The position numbers were made by a program, and so were the translations under genes. The notes beneath the pieces were generated by a model. The model did not search any database and was not told the DNA's origin. It was given only the letters and a program-made list of their open reading frames with translations. DNA of 64,000 bases from Laetmonice hystrix (Eukaryota). The first letter of the stretch is position 1. Each line of letters begins with the position of its first letter. Below are positions 26,355 through 39,529 of the stretch, in pieces. The stretch covers positions 31,188,001 to 31,252,000 of the forward strand of contig OZ249436.1 in the NCBI GenBank assembly GCA_965235115.1, in the 5' to 3' direction.

Positions 26355-26480
26355 TTCAAGGCCATCCACCGATCTATTTCAATGCCACGAGCACTGTCAC
26401 GTCGTCTGTCCAACTCATTCTTTCTCAGCTTTTTAGCTGCTTCTGTTGCATGTACATCGACTTTCGTCCCTCGGAGGCAT
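26355..26480 (-). pseudogene. Decayed N-terminal fragment of a DNA-transposon-associated protein
   Basis: Frameshifted MPP...ATEAAKKLRKNELDRRRDSARGIEIDRWMALK resembles the K..D..R..TRV.IG....RW..LK leader I associate with Kolobok-type element proteins; recollection, not a search result. Confidence 0.3.
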
Positions 26481-27009
26481 ATTTACAAAGCAAGCGTATG
26501 ATGATGATCAAATATGGTGGAGCGATACCTGAAGACCTAGGACTATTATGGGATGTTGTTCGACGTCATTTGCAGCACCCCTTTCGGAAAGCGGAGGCAA
26601 ATGCAAACTCCTGCATGCTAATTATCATGTTTTAGCTTTGGTCCGAGTTTTAGTTAAAAATCATCATACGTACTGCAGTATTGCAGTAACAGTGTGTCTT
26701 CATATATATGTCAATAGATTGCTATAGGGGACAGGTAAGTGTTTTATTCTCGAAGATACTAACGATGCCGCTTTAATTCCCTAGTATCTAGTAGTTCAGT
26801 GTCTTCTTTTTTCTTTATCATAAAGTTTCTTAGGTGTGCTAATCTAGGTTTATCCAGAAATGCAACACCAGTTGAGGTGTTCAAATATTCAATCAATCAA
26901 TCCAATATATACATATATAATATATAATAATAATACATACATACACGTATATAATATATTATATATTAGTCCAAATAGTATAGGCCTACATCATTTGTGG
27001 TATGTACGT

Positions 27010-27170
27010 CCTGACTGATTGTCTGATCAGAGTTCGTCATGGTCAAGATGCGTACTAAGTCTGGTTGAGATATCTTGAAAAATGACTGAGATAGACATAG
27101 TATTTACTAGTCTATAAGCACACAAACACAATTTCAAAATACTATCCCCTCCGTAGGGGATGGTATAATT
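27010..27170 (+). mobile_element. 3' end of a Helentron/HINE-like rolling-circle element
   Basis: Terminal hairpin atcccct-ccgt-aggggat followed by ggtataat; ~140-bp homology with 28370-28496. Confidence 0.55.
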
Positions 27171-27236
27171 AGGGTACCAAATAAAAGAGGACATAATCCT
27201 TTATAAAATTCATGAACAATTATGGCTCTGTCTTAA

Positions 27237-27696
27237 AGGGCCATGCTAAAAACACGTTTTGGAGGATTTCCGGCAATTATCCAACATGAACGTGTACTAG
27301 GGATGTAAGTAAATAATCTTACCACAGCATTTTGTCCTCTGACGTTTTCCCCGAGTGTTCCCGAATGGGGACACGCTCGATTCGTTCCCGAGCCGCCAAT
27401 GTTTCTCCGACTCCTTCCACCACGATCGAGTGTCAGACAATATTTCCTGACTGATGAAACTAATCGTACACGCGAAATGTTCGGCGTTTATACTCGCCAT
27501 CTCCATGTCCCGTTCGTCAGCGATATTAAGCACTTCAAAACAAACCGGTGGGAGCATGCGCGAGGGTTCTGCGTGTCACGTGTGTCAACAAAATCCACGT
27601 GCAAACGATGGGCGGAGCCGTTTTTCCAGATAGCCAGCAAGGGGGCTCCAAAAACTTGAAATACCGATTTTTCACGTTTCCTCATAATATGCCCCT
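27237..27696. mobile_element. Kolobok-like MITE with TTAA TSD
   Basis: ttaa|agggccatgcta ... taatatgcccct|ttaa; AG termini and TTAA at both ends. Confidence 0.7.
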
Positions 27697-27709
27697 TTAA
27701 ATCTTTCAA

Positions 27710-28535
27710 GACTTACAGCCAGGAATCTTTCAAAAGACCCAACTTTAAAACTTGCAGGTCACGTGCTTCAGCGAAAATATGTCAAATCCTTAAAAAAAAT
27801 GGTGCCAAACGAAAGAGCACATCACTTCCTATTTGTAACAATGGCCCTTTATGGCAAGAATTTTCGAGTTATAGCCATAGATATCTAAACTGGGCACTGT
27901 TCAAAACTTCAATGTCACGTGACTCAGCGAAAATAGGTCAAATCGATTATCCCTGGGGCCGGTTTTACTAAAGGTCGAAAATAACGACGTCGATAATTTA
28001 ACATAGAAGTGAATGGTTGATGGTTATTTTCGACCTAGCAACCCATTCACTTCTATGTTAAATTATCGACGTCGTTATTTTCGACTTTTTAGTAAAACGG
28101 GCCCCTGGATACTCATTGAGAAGCTCTTGTTAGAGAGGACTTCTGCCCGATATTGTCAAATTTTATCGAAAAATGAGGAAGAAGTAGTGAGTTAACCGAT
28201 TCACGACCTGGGACCCAGTTCTCCCAAAGGTCAAAGGTCAAAGGTCAAATGAAGTGTCAGTTTTAGGCAAAACCCTTACCTGATTAAAACGCTATGATAG
28301 ATATTGTAAACTCCCAATATGAACTTTAGAAATGGCCCCCAGTGTCAAAAAATTTGACGTCATGACGTGACTGATTGTCTGACCAGAGTTCGTCATGGTC
28401 AAGATGCGTACCAAGTTTGGTGAGATACGTATCTTATAAAATGACTGCGATAGACATAGTGCACACAAACACAATTTCAAAATCCCATCCCCTCCGAAAA
28501 TTGTCAAAGTCCGAAAAGGGGGGGGGGGTAACAAC
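27710..28535 (+). mobile_element. Helentron/HINE-like element
   Basis: Internal ~31-bp direct repeat gtcacgtg..tcagcgaaaata.gtcaaatc; (aaggtca)3 tract; ccaagtttggtga motif; C-run/G-run terminal hairpin; shares its 3' segment with 27010-27170. Confidence 0.5.
27956..28104. mobile_element. 149-bp foldback MITE (PIF/Harbinger-like, CWG TSD) nested in the HINE-like element
   Basis: About 60-bp arms gggccggttttactaaaggtcgaaaataacgacgtcgataatttaacatagaagtgaatgg and their reverse complement; CTG at 27953-27955 and 28105-28107. Confidence 0.92.
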
Positions 28536-30082
28536 TGATAAAAGACCAACCCTATCAAAACCAGGTCATGTATCTGTCGCATTTTGAATAGGATATGCTG
28601 AGCTGTTTGAAAATTGAAATTTTAAGTTTTATAATGTAGCATAATTTTGACACCCCAACCCCGGGGTCATGTAAGGACTAATAGAACAGCCCTCCCAGCT
28701 ATCTATATACTAATACCGTACGGGGGCTGCGTTGTCATCGCTCTACCGCTTTTCCCTTTCGAAGCACAACGTGAAAGTACGCCAGGCATGTTTACAGTAT
28801 TCCCCTGTTTGTTTTGATGTGTATTAATGTTTGTTTCCTTGGCGCTGTAAGGCATTTTTGGCACATGTTTCACTACAACCGCCCGAACTGTCCGCCATTG
28901 TTGTTGTTGTTGATCGGCTACGACAACTGACCTTGGCTGGAGACCTGCGCCCGCGAGACGACTATCCGACTATTTGCCTGGTAGATAGTCGTATTGCCGT
29001 TACCGTACGCATGTGTACACATTCACTGGATTTCATTTTGGCGATTTTTTTGGCCGCTGCCGCATTGCCGCATTATCGTTGCCGTTGCCGCAAAAACGTT
29101 ACATGTGTTCACAGCTTTAGCCTCAGTTAGGTGCCGGCCATTAAGATCGTACGCAAGGGACTGGGACAGAGGGTCATTTTTCCATGATTTTGTGTGTATG
29201 TACTTTATGGTCGACCCCTTACTCTTGCGCCCTTAAACTTTCAATATGTAGAATCTTCCGCTCATGACTTTTAGCCCCCTTCGGTCCCGTGCGGCGCACG
29301 GGTTCTTGCTAGTACTCTCTCTAAATGCTGAGCTTTTCAGGCTGGAAGTAAGTTCAAGGCCATTTTCGAATAAATTTCCTAGCATATACCAGTGGCGTCG
29401 ATGCAATAAAACGTATGTTCACAATAGGTAGGATTCCCCCTCGGCCCGCTGTCTCATGCTTCCTAGCCACTACTCCATATATCATGCAATAACCATTTAC
29501 GCATATAGATAGCGATAAATAGATAGCTATAAACAGGTAAACGCCGCCAGAATAATGTAGATTTTACCATACCAGGAACATTATGTTGGCCTCACCCAGA
29601 TTCTCAATTACATATGATTTAGCTCTTGTTGTGCATTGAACCAAGGCTTAATGGCTTCAATGAATCCACACAAAGTATATGGCATATATGTGGCAGCCTT
29701 TTTTACAAAATGGGTGGAGCCTACAATTCACCGAAGGAAAGTGCATTTTGTAGGGGATGCACGGCTGACTGACAGTATTGATTATAGATAAAAAAAAAAA
29801 ACCAACTGTCTCTGATTGAGTATCATACGACAGAGAGCGTCTGTCCCAGGATTTGGAGAGAGACAGCTCGGTAGAATTATAGCAATAATTGTGGGGGTGG
29901 CTGAACGATTGAAAAATAATCCACTAAACTAACGTGAGTGTGTTTTAACCGGTTCCCGTATGTCATTTGTGATTCCCTCCAATAACTTCACAATTTGAAT
30001 TTGAACGATGAGATTTATCATTGTCTTTGATTTAAAAATTAACTTGATCATTTCCATCAATTAATATCATGGCACCCTTTTT

Positions 30083-30330
30083 TTGTTTTGGTATTTCGTT
30101 CTTCAAAATGCTTTAAGGATACGGTCAAATATATGTCATAAAATGAACATTTTATTTGAGGATCAATTTGTACGCAACGTTGGTACATGCGTTAGCCGCT
30201 GGAATGAGCATACAATATTTATATCCGATGTTCAACTATTTGGTATTACTGTGTTCAGAGGTTCCTTTCAGCGGGTCAGGCACAAACCAATGCCTGGCAG
30301 GGATAAAAGGCGGATGGTGGGAGGATAGGG
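30083..30330 (+). pseudogene. Decayed CR1-group LINE APE-endonuclease N-terminus
   Basis: FVLQNALRIRSNICHKMNIL...WNEHTIFISDVQLFGITVFR...RDKRRMVGG follows the order N.RS+.NK / ETW / G+.+FR.DR / GGG. Confidence 0.4.
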
Positions 30331-32011
30331 ACATATATCATGCCTCAGTGGTTTGGCATGACAGTGCCTGGAGTTACGCATGGTAACCACCCATAAACAT
30401 CGAATATAGGCACGGAGAACTGGCCGCAAATGTAATCCATCCGAGTGTTAACACTCACACTCACGCTCTCTCGTCCACACTTCTGCCATGTTCTATTAAA
30501 CCGAACTACGAATGGAAATAACAATTATGAGAGGAAAGCTCTGGATCCATTATCTACTGTGACCTTATAAATACGTGCTATCGTTAATAACAAGCTGATT
30601 TTGTCCAATCCATCATCTCACACAGTTCGTCACCAATAATAGCGGCCTCTGGGGTTTGCCAGGCTCGACGGGGATCGCTGGTGGAGGTTATAATATTCCA
30701 AGGGGAGGGGGGGGGGATATGCCCTCCTAGGGGTTTGTGAGTCTAGGTGTTAAAGTACCAACACTTATAACTGACATTACTGACAGTGTTCATGCAATTC
30801 TGTTTTCAAAGCTTTAGTGTTTGGCTGCAACTAAAATCTTGCGCATGATTGCTAGAAGCTGATAAGTTTACACGTAATTCTATACACGTGTCGTCCAAAC
30901 GGAGTAACGTTACTGTCCACACCGTATCGTGTCCACATCGCCTCAAACGTCCAACACCTGAGTTGAGCTCCTCATGTGAGGACAGCCCCAACATGGTGGG
31001 CCCTATTACTTTCAGAATAGATCCGGATAGATCCTCGTATGTTTCTCTTAATACATTTACAGGAGAGCATTTTAAAACTGTTCAATTTTATATGATAAAT
31101 CAGTTGGGCTGTATATTAGGTATGATGACCATTTTCGTTCATGAATGTATCTCCTCAATTCTTTTCTATTTGGCAATGTTATAATGTATATGAGATAATG
31201 AATTAGTCGTTAAAATTGATGGAAATCGCCAAATTTGGAGATACGAGGTGTTTTTTTTTATCCAGAGGCACAGATATATAGATAGCCTTATAAACTCGAT
31301 CAGACAATCATTCAATATGGTATACTTGTATCACCGTATAATATTTCTACAACTTATGACAAAAAGTATAGGGGACTAATTATTATTTGAATGAACGTAC
31401 AAACGCTTAGGCCTAAATCGAATTATGGAAGAACTTTGGGTACTTACGGCATAAATAACTGTGTCCTTTTTGGAGTAACGTTAAGCACAGTTCTCGTGTC
31501 CTAAATAATGTAAATGACGTAAAATAGCCTCAACCCACTTCGTTTTGGGAAAACAAAATGGAACGGCACAAATTTCCCATAGGTTCAACATAGTCTCAGT
31601 AAAATACACTTTCTAAAATCAGGCTGTATTGTAGCAATTTAAACTTCTTACATGTAAAATGTACTTCTTCATTCAGTAAACTTGTTAGTTAATCATAATT
31701 GTAAGGCTCAAGACTCAAAGTGCCCTCTTTGGGGAGTAAAAATATTTTGCAGTTGACAGTCGCTGGTTCCTAGGAAATCTATGGACGTAGCAATGCCAAG
31801 CTGACGGGACTATCCTCTATTTGTCCCCAGTCTCGCTCGTTCTCGCATAATTGCAGATCTAGGGCACGAGAACTGTCCAGCTCTATGGGGGTTTCAGTTC
31901 TCTGTAATTATTAAATAACTATTGAAATAAAAAAAGATTGTGCTGTTCGAATGATTTAATGAAAGAGTTAGTTCTCCCACCGGACACTATAATACAATAA
32001 ATTATTATCTG

Positions 32012-32146
32012 CAGTGGGCCGCTGAGGCCCTGAGGCCCACAGTGTGTCGCTGAGGCCCACAGTGCGCCGCTGAGGCCCACAGTGCGCCGCTGAGGCCCAC
32101 AGTGGGCCGCTGAGGCCCACAGTGGGCCGCTGAGGCCCACAGTGGG
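32012..32146. repeat. 20-bp GC-rich tandem repeat, about 6.5 units
   Basis: cagtgggccgctgaggccca units ending at ...gggcaatcactg (possible CAGTG transposon terminus). Confidence 0.92.
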
Positions 32147-33049
32147 CAATCACTGAATATCTCTCATTTCAATGACTCCAAAGTGCAGACATGGGCTGTT
32201 AGATTGGATAAGGCCTTAGGCTACATAAATCAATAAATATTTACCCACAGAAAAGGACAAATCTAAGGAAATTCAACATTCCAGTTGTGTGTTGTCGCCA
32301 TGAAGCGTCTCATGGCTGGTTGCTGCCCTGGTATATTGACTTGAGCAACCAATGAAATTCATCGGGCGATGAACCGATCTGCTGCTCCAACGCCACCCGG
32401 TTGGCCACAGTGTTAATGTACTACCATGCTAAGTCTATCTTTCTTAAAAGAAAAGAAAATCGCCAGTCTGTACAGGTCAGGCATACAGGCCGTGATATTC
32501 TAAACAAGTTCAAAAAGATTTGAACACAATTGGTGCTCAAATAGTTAAGATATAATGCTGGGGCCTCCTTAGAGCGCTGCTCAGCTGGTGGATTCCGCCA
32601 TAGCGTCTGCTCGTTGGGCTAATGTCAAATTGCGCATGCTCGACCTAGGCCTGACCAATCACAGCACCACTGCTCTCTAGTTTGGGAGGAACTAAAAACT
32701 GACGCACCTGTTGCGTTGAGCGATTCGAAAGGTAGCGAACGTTGACAGCTTATAAGCAAAATTTGTTAGAACATAGACGAAAACCATCGATCATAGTGAT
32801 GAGGAATGGCTAGGAATTAAGCCTACCGATGTCAGGGGATATAGCAGGGTGGACACGGATCTGGGCAGCCGCCTGCATTCAATTATTCGTCCCGCTCGGA
32901 GGTGTGATATTGACGGAGCTCAGCGCCACTGGGGCCGGGCCCGACTCTGACTACGACCGCGGGCTCTGGCAGTCAGCACCACAGGAGTCAGACTCCTGTG
33001 GTCAGCACAGACCTGTTGCGTTTAGTTGTGACTGTGACTGTGACTGTGG

Positions 33050-33092
33050 GACTGACGTCACTTACTTCCGGCCAGCCCCACAAATGGCTGCG
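33050..33092 (-). promoter_or_regulatory. Clustered CRE + ETS + YY1-like motifs (candidate promoter, possibly TE-borne)
   Basis: TGACGTCA 33053-33060, ACTTCCGG and CAAATGGCTGC within 40 bp in a CpG-rich patch; minus-strand GT donor-like site (atcg|gtaggc) near 32826. Confidence 0.4.
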
Positions 33093-36000
33093 CCGCTGAA
33101 GCCAGTGATTTTGACACGGTTGTCATGTTCAACATATGACTTCTTGGAATGGGGGGGGGGGGGGGACATTTATTTCCAACCACTACTCTGAAAGGTGAGT
33201 ATATAGAGGCTTTGCAGCTGTCCAAATGTGATTTTTGACTGGACTTCTCCTCTAATTCTGTCATCAGGAATAGAGTTCTTTATAAAGAACACTGAAGAAA
33301 AGCCAAATATGTATAGTTTCTTTTCCAACAATTTCCATGTGGATTGATTCATTATTCCCACTGCGAGCGTGGTTTGAAGCACCGGAGTTAAGAAAAACTA
33401 CCCCCCGTACCCCCTCAGCCACCAAATTACGCCGGTTACGGTAAACATCTACAATTTATAATACATGTTCATGTGCTTCCATAGGGCCCCATAGTTAACG
33501 GCGCGTCACCCTCAGTCCCTATGGAAGGCGCATTTCATACGGACCACCGTATGCCCCCCCCCCATCCCGAATGGCACTGGCAGATAGAATGCGCTAACAA
33601 CAAAATAACGCCCTCTCTTGGTTTACGGATCCAGCAAAAAAACTCTTGGGCCATGGTATACGCCTTTCCATACACCACGGCGCCCTCGTTACTTTCTAAC
33701 TTATATTAAAGCTAATTGCGCAGTGTTTCAGTGTAGACCTGGATTTTGTGCATGAACAAACACTTGAAAAGCTGGGCCCTATAGGAATAGGTAAGTAGTA
33801 TGTGGGGATTAACATTAGCGTCAGGCATTTTGAACGTACGGAACTGTACTGTATAGTTAGCTTTCAAATCTTCCTTTAAGGTTTTAGCTGGATGGGGGCG
33901 GAATCATGGTTGAGGTGTGGGTGGGCTGTGAGTAGGAGTGGGGCAGATTACATTCCCCTTCTTTCTTGCGATCGACACTGGGGGCCTTGCAGGTTAAGTA
34001 CGTACAAGTGTTCGATGGCCGTTCCAGGCTACCCGAGTGCTCGTTTCCCTCCCCATCCGCTCGGGTCGTTTTCACCAGTAAATGATACAGAAGAGGCTGT
34101 CGGCGATCTTCCTATGGCAGCTGCAGAGAGGCGTATGGGAAGCGACGCGTACTTTAGAGGGGCACCCTCAGTAAGAAAGAGCAAGCGAGTGCGCGCTCTC
34201 TCCCGCCATAATAGCATTTTAATCGACTTTCCCACGACTACAAAGAGATCAGCCATAAAGCCCGGGCGCAGGGGCCAATTTGGGTGTTCGTATAAGACAG
34301 AACGACTTTAAAATCTCACTCAATCTCCCGCCTACGTCATGGTATAAATACACACGGAGCTAAGTTCATAATGACGTAGAAACCGATTTTAGATCCCTGA
34401 GCATACCCAGGTGTTAGTAGACTGAGTGCGTGCTTGTTGCATTCCGTCAATTATGAACTAATTTGCCTCCGTCTCAATAGACCATATCAATCAAGTTTTT
34501 TCAGGAGTGCTTGCAAATGGCTGTGTTGTGAATACGGAGAGGGCGTGAGGCGGCTCGTAAGCCCTTCCAGTGACTAAATTTGATCCTCCTGTCGATGTAA
34601 TTGGATTCCGGGTAGACGAACCTCTCTACTTAACACGTTGATCTCGGAACTGACGTTAAACGACTTTCCGCCAACGTTCACCGAAGGACATATGTATTGT
34701 AAAACGATTTTGATCACGCACACATAAACATAAAGTCCTACATAACATAAAGTGAGAAAGGCTCAATTCCACCGTTACGGTACTCGATAAATCAGCGTAT
34801 ATATAGTCTTCTTGAAAATAGCCACGGCAGCTGGTCAGTGCTATTGGGCCTAGGTGACATAAGCTCATAAAAGGACTCTGCACTTAAGACCCTTATGTTA
34901 AGGAACACTCTGGTATAGACAGTCTCTAGGACGAACTTCAAGCAAGATTAAAGCCAAGTCAGCTCTGTCAGGCCACATCGGAGCCACTTTGTCTCTTCGT
35001 GTAAGGTTACGACTCCGAGCAAAACGTTTCCCCAAGCCTAAAATATTACAATTAAATGCGTCCTAAAACTCTACAAAACATAGATTGAGGGCCCAGCCCG
35101 CACCGAGCGCTGCGGAGGGAGCTACTTATAATAGTTAGGATCACTGAGAGGGAAGGTCGAAAATAGTAACAACTGACGGGTGGATTTGATGAATAGGGGG
35201 TGGGGAGGGGGACGCGCGTCGCGCCTTTCTACTCGCCGCTAATGCATAGTAAATCACATCGCCACCAGAGGAGCCACTCATCGACTTTCTTGGAAATCTG
35301 AAGTAAATGGCAGCAGTAAGCGCCTGATTAATGTCGTTCGTTTGCGCTCAACGATTATACAATGAGTTCTTTAAGAATACGATCGGTTTTTATAGAGAAT
35401 GACGGTGCAAAGGCATGCCGTCATTAGAGTTGAAGAGAAAGGTTATAAGTAGAAACGTTAAATCGTCCGTATTCACTAGATACGTGTTTACTGAGGAAGT
35501 GCTCGTTATGTTTTGAAATGACGACGTAAAGGAAAGTAGAGAGAAATATTAAAACCTACCCTGACATTTTTTTTCTCTGGATGTGGCCGCCAACTGTCTT
35601 GTATAAGTGGTTTTTTTTGGTCTGCCCATGGCTGCGTTTTAGTGCATTACTCTCAAATACAAGGCTAAAGACGTGGTTGTTGCTCTCAAAGCGTTAGTCC
35701 AGTCTGCCGTTTTATTTTGACCGAATAATGACCTTTCCAAATTGTGACCAGGACCGATCGCAACACCGACGATACAGATGCAGATACTGACGACTATAAC
35801 GTGGGGCTAGATGATCATAAACCGGTGTAGTTAGTCGTCACTGCTGGACGTTGATGACATTGGTGGGACGATCGTCACCCGATTTGTATAGTTAAAGGGA
35901 AATGTGAATATTCAAAGCGCCACCTAATGAGTCGCGTTGGTACCACTGGGGAAATGTAAGTATTCAAAGCGCCGCGTAGTGGGCTTTAACAGAACAGTTT

Positions 36001-36599
36001 GATGTGGAAATCAGTAGTATTTTTTAAACCATGAACCAAACTGTGTGCCAGAACCTGTCTACTCCATTGAATGCTAGAGTTAAAACCCGTGTTTTACCAA
36101 GGCACTGACTGTTTGGCAGGCTGTAACTTTCTTTTTAATTCGGTGACCCCCAATTTTTTTGTTTTAAACTATTAGTCCTGATCCACTTTATCTTGTCACC
36201 GAGTTTCAGGAGAAAATCAGTGGTCGTTTTTTTTAACTATTAGTCAAAATGTCTGAAAAATCCCGTTTTTCCCATTGAAACCTATAGTAAAGACCCATTT
36301 TTTACGGAGGGCTGTATATAAAAAAATCTAATTCGGTGACATGTGATTTTTTTTTGTTTCTTTGTTCAAATGCTATCCCCATAAAAATATTTTGAAAATT
36401 CCAGTGGTCGATTTGAACACCTACGATTTATAATGAAGAGTATATTAACGTGTTAAAGAAGAAGTAAGACTTTTTAAAGAATCAAAATTGAGGCTAAATA
36501 TAAAAATTGGGGATATACTCCCTATCATGTGAATCCTACTACCTAGAAAATAACACGGCAGAGGAATCCCCCCCCCCATGTCTAAAAGGGCTTCATAAA

Positions 36600-37300
36600 A
36601 GGTCAACCGTTCCAATGTCAGTTTGTTAAATCAAACAAGGATATACCCACACAAGGGTACACGATTTTCTAAGGTCGACTCACAATGGGCCATTAGATTG
36701 TTATAAATGAATCAGACTTGAAACGATTTGTGAACAGTACAAAACCCTTGTATCGGTAGGCAGTTGGTAGGCCTGATCAAGAGAGACGTCCCGTGCCAAT
36801 ACTTGGTATCCGCAACACATGTCAAAATGGTTGCTCAAATTTCCTTACAACGCGTTGTATTAGTCCCATTCCCGAAACTACCGTATGCGAGGACAAGCAA
36901 TAGAGAGACATTTGCTACACACTCCCCCGCTTGAAAGGGCGGAAAATCCCCCGAGTAAAACTCCAGTAGATAGCATGGACCGTGCCAACATCGAGTAAGT
37001 ATGATATCTATTTTGAGGTGAAGAGGGACGAAAATAGGCAATTGCGTGCAGGTTAGCGGACTTTTGAATGGACCTTTGGGCACAGGGCCAAGGCAGGCAA
37101 TCTATGGACACGGCACTGACAGATTTTCACAGGATGGTACCTACAGTAGAACATGTTGCCACCAGGTCAACTCATGAGGTATTACGATTCGGGGCATTTA
37201 CGCCAACCTGTTTTGATTTCATAGTCGGGAGTCAACCAGAAACTTTCGAGTTAAGTTAACATTTATGTGTGGCGTCTCTTGGTCTGTTGGAAAACGACGT
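36600..37300 (-). pseudogene. Decayed CR1/L2-group LINE APE-endonuclease
   Basis: Collinear frameshifted motifs ESFWLTPD, PGGNMFY, AIAYFRPSS, GVLLG(D)F and GLIQRV match ETWL, GGGV..Y, +YRPP, +LGDFN and L.Q.V. Confidence 0.5.
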
Positions 37301-39086
37301 GGATTGGTTGAAAAGAAAGGAAAGGCAAGAAATCGTCAAACGATGTGGTACACATAACTTGTGTAAGCGGTAACGGATTTATCCAAGGTAGTTATGCCTT
37401 GTTGTTTTTCTTAGTGGCAGTGAGAATTTGATTAAATGAATGCAAGTCATTTATTGTTATGCATCATTCATAGACCTATACTTAAAATTCACGTAGGGTC
37501 CTTCCCTTACCAGCCAGACAGCAGACTGAGGCGGCCTTTCATAACCTTACAGAACATGTGTTATCTGATCAGTAAACACCAAATTTAGGGAAGGAGAATC
37601 CCCCCGGGAATTCTGTAAAATATCACAGTCGTTTGCTGATTTTCCACCCCGTTTACGATGGGCCTTAAGTGGGCGTTTAGCCGAGCGACGCGAAACAGAT
37701 TTGGGGCAGCCCAAACAATTCTTCCATACAAATCCAGTTGTCTGGCATCATTGGCAGGCTAAACACGCCATCTGCTTGCTAAGGCCTTGTCTCATGAACG
37801 GCGGCGATCCTACTGCTAATCGTTCATCATGCTTGGTAAAAAAAACACGCACCTTTTATTCACTCCAGTATGTTTATTCTCAGTAATGACAGATTTTCGA
37901 ATATATAACGGAGACTCTTTTAAAGGAAATAAAGATGCAACTATTCAGAGCGTTTCTTTCGGATGCAAAAGGAGCGGCAGCCCACTTAAATTGGACGGTT
38001 CGCACATCTGAGCAATAATGATGAGAGCAGCAAAATTTACCACAGTTACCTATAGACACTCAATGGATGCTTATCTGTTTAACTGCAGAACGCAAGTGAT
38101 CCAGCCGCACCTTGACCTTTTTCTTCAAACCTCGACACAGCTGACGAAATGACCCAGGAATGACGTTTGCATTTATCCCGCTAACACCCATCTTCCTGTG
38201 TGATTCCATTTCATTGTATGGGAACGATTCGCACCTTCCCACATGCAGGCCCTAATCCATAAGGCCGCTGTCGCGGAGTTGCGCCGCCTACGCACCATAG
38301 ATCCCCCCCCCCCCCGACTGTATTTTTTTCATTTTCATTTGTTGCTAGTGGTGAGATATGCATAGCGTTTTGGGATGCAAGTTGGAAAGATTCGATGGGC
38401 AAGCAAGGAATTATTCGATTGCCGTTGGGTGTTGCAGTGTGTGCGTCATGCGCTTCACCGCTCCGATCCCAATAGGTGATATCAGGAGGTGTTGGCACTC
38501 GTGTGTGTAGGGCCAGCAGTCTGTATTCCGGACCCGTCTAGGCCGCCTATACGAAACTGTCCGAACCGGAAATTGGCAGGTGACCTTCTGCCCACCATAT
38601 AGTCGCATGTAGCTTCTGATAAAACCATCTATAACCCATGCAGGCGCACACTCGCGCTTTGAAAGAATTCTATAAGTTAAGAGAAGTTACTCTAAAATGC
38701 CTAGAAGTTCTTCCTGCTCCATAGGATTTGACAACATTTTATTACCCACAGAGTTATCCGTGAAAATGAGTAACGCTTAACTGTGGCAATAAAACAGTTG
38801 AGTTGGGTCTATCAGATTAATTATTATATTATTATCATTGTTTAGGTAACGAGATAAATCACTGTTATGTAGGCATATGGTTGGGTGCCATTGGGTATAG
38901 AACCTATAACATTGATTGGGTCTGATTGTGGTGTATCTGATAACTTGTGGTAGCGCTTCGTCCGTTGAGGGTTGCTTGTTTTGTTGGTGTGCATTAGATG
39001 ACACAATGGCCGTGCTTGGGTGGGTGAGTGGGTAGCCACAATCCGTACACAAGTAGTTGAAGTCGGAGGGTAGCCGGGGAGGAACA

Positions 39087-39529
39087 TAGCCAGGTCCCCA
39101 GCTGTATATTGACTACGTAGGCCTATATTGTGCCTGGTGAAGGCTAATAGGAGAGAGCGCTGTGATTGGCCCATCGAAAACATCGCCGCAGACGTCAAAG
39201 GTAGTTCCGTAGCCTCTGTATTTCTCCAGCGAGATACAAATATTTTCGTCAATCCTTTTACAATACAAGTGTTAAATGTCCTCGCTTTTCTTGATGTAGA
39301 CATAGTGTCATCGGTCCCTACGCCAGGCTACGGTCTCCATCACGCATGGCCACTTGGCCACGCTCCAAGCAGAGATCAGTCACTCCGTTGACGCTGACCA
39401 ACGCAACGGAAGCGGAAGTGCTTGGAGTTTAGCAACTTCCTTCCGCTTGTCGGGTTTAGCTGACAAGTAAAATTACCCATCACCTGGCCACACATAGCGG
39501 ACGCGTCTGTTAGGCAGGGGACCAGGCTA
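39087..39529. mobile_element. Non-autonomous element with TAGCC(T/A)GGTCCCC inverted termini
   Basis: tagccaggtcccc at 39087 and ggggaccaggcta ending 39529; superfamily not assigned. Confidence 0.55.

Noticed and set aside
34330..34375. TATA-box promoter (tacgtca...TATAAAA)
   Set aside because: No well-spaced initiator or downstream exon evidence.
37890..38250. Tyrosine-recombinase C-terminus (DIRS/Crypton) on the minus strand
   Set aside because: Only vague similarity; the catalytic HxxR and H/W residues are not recognisable.
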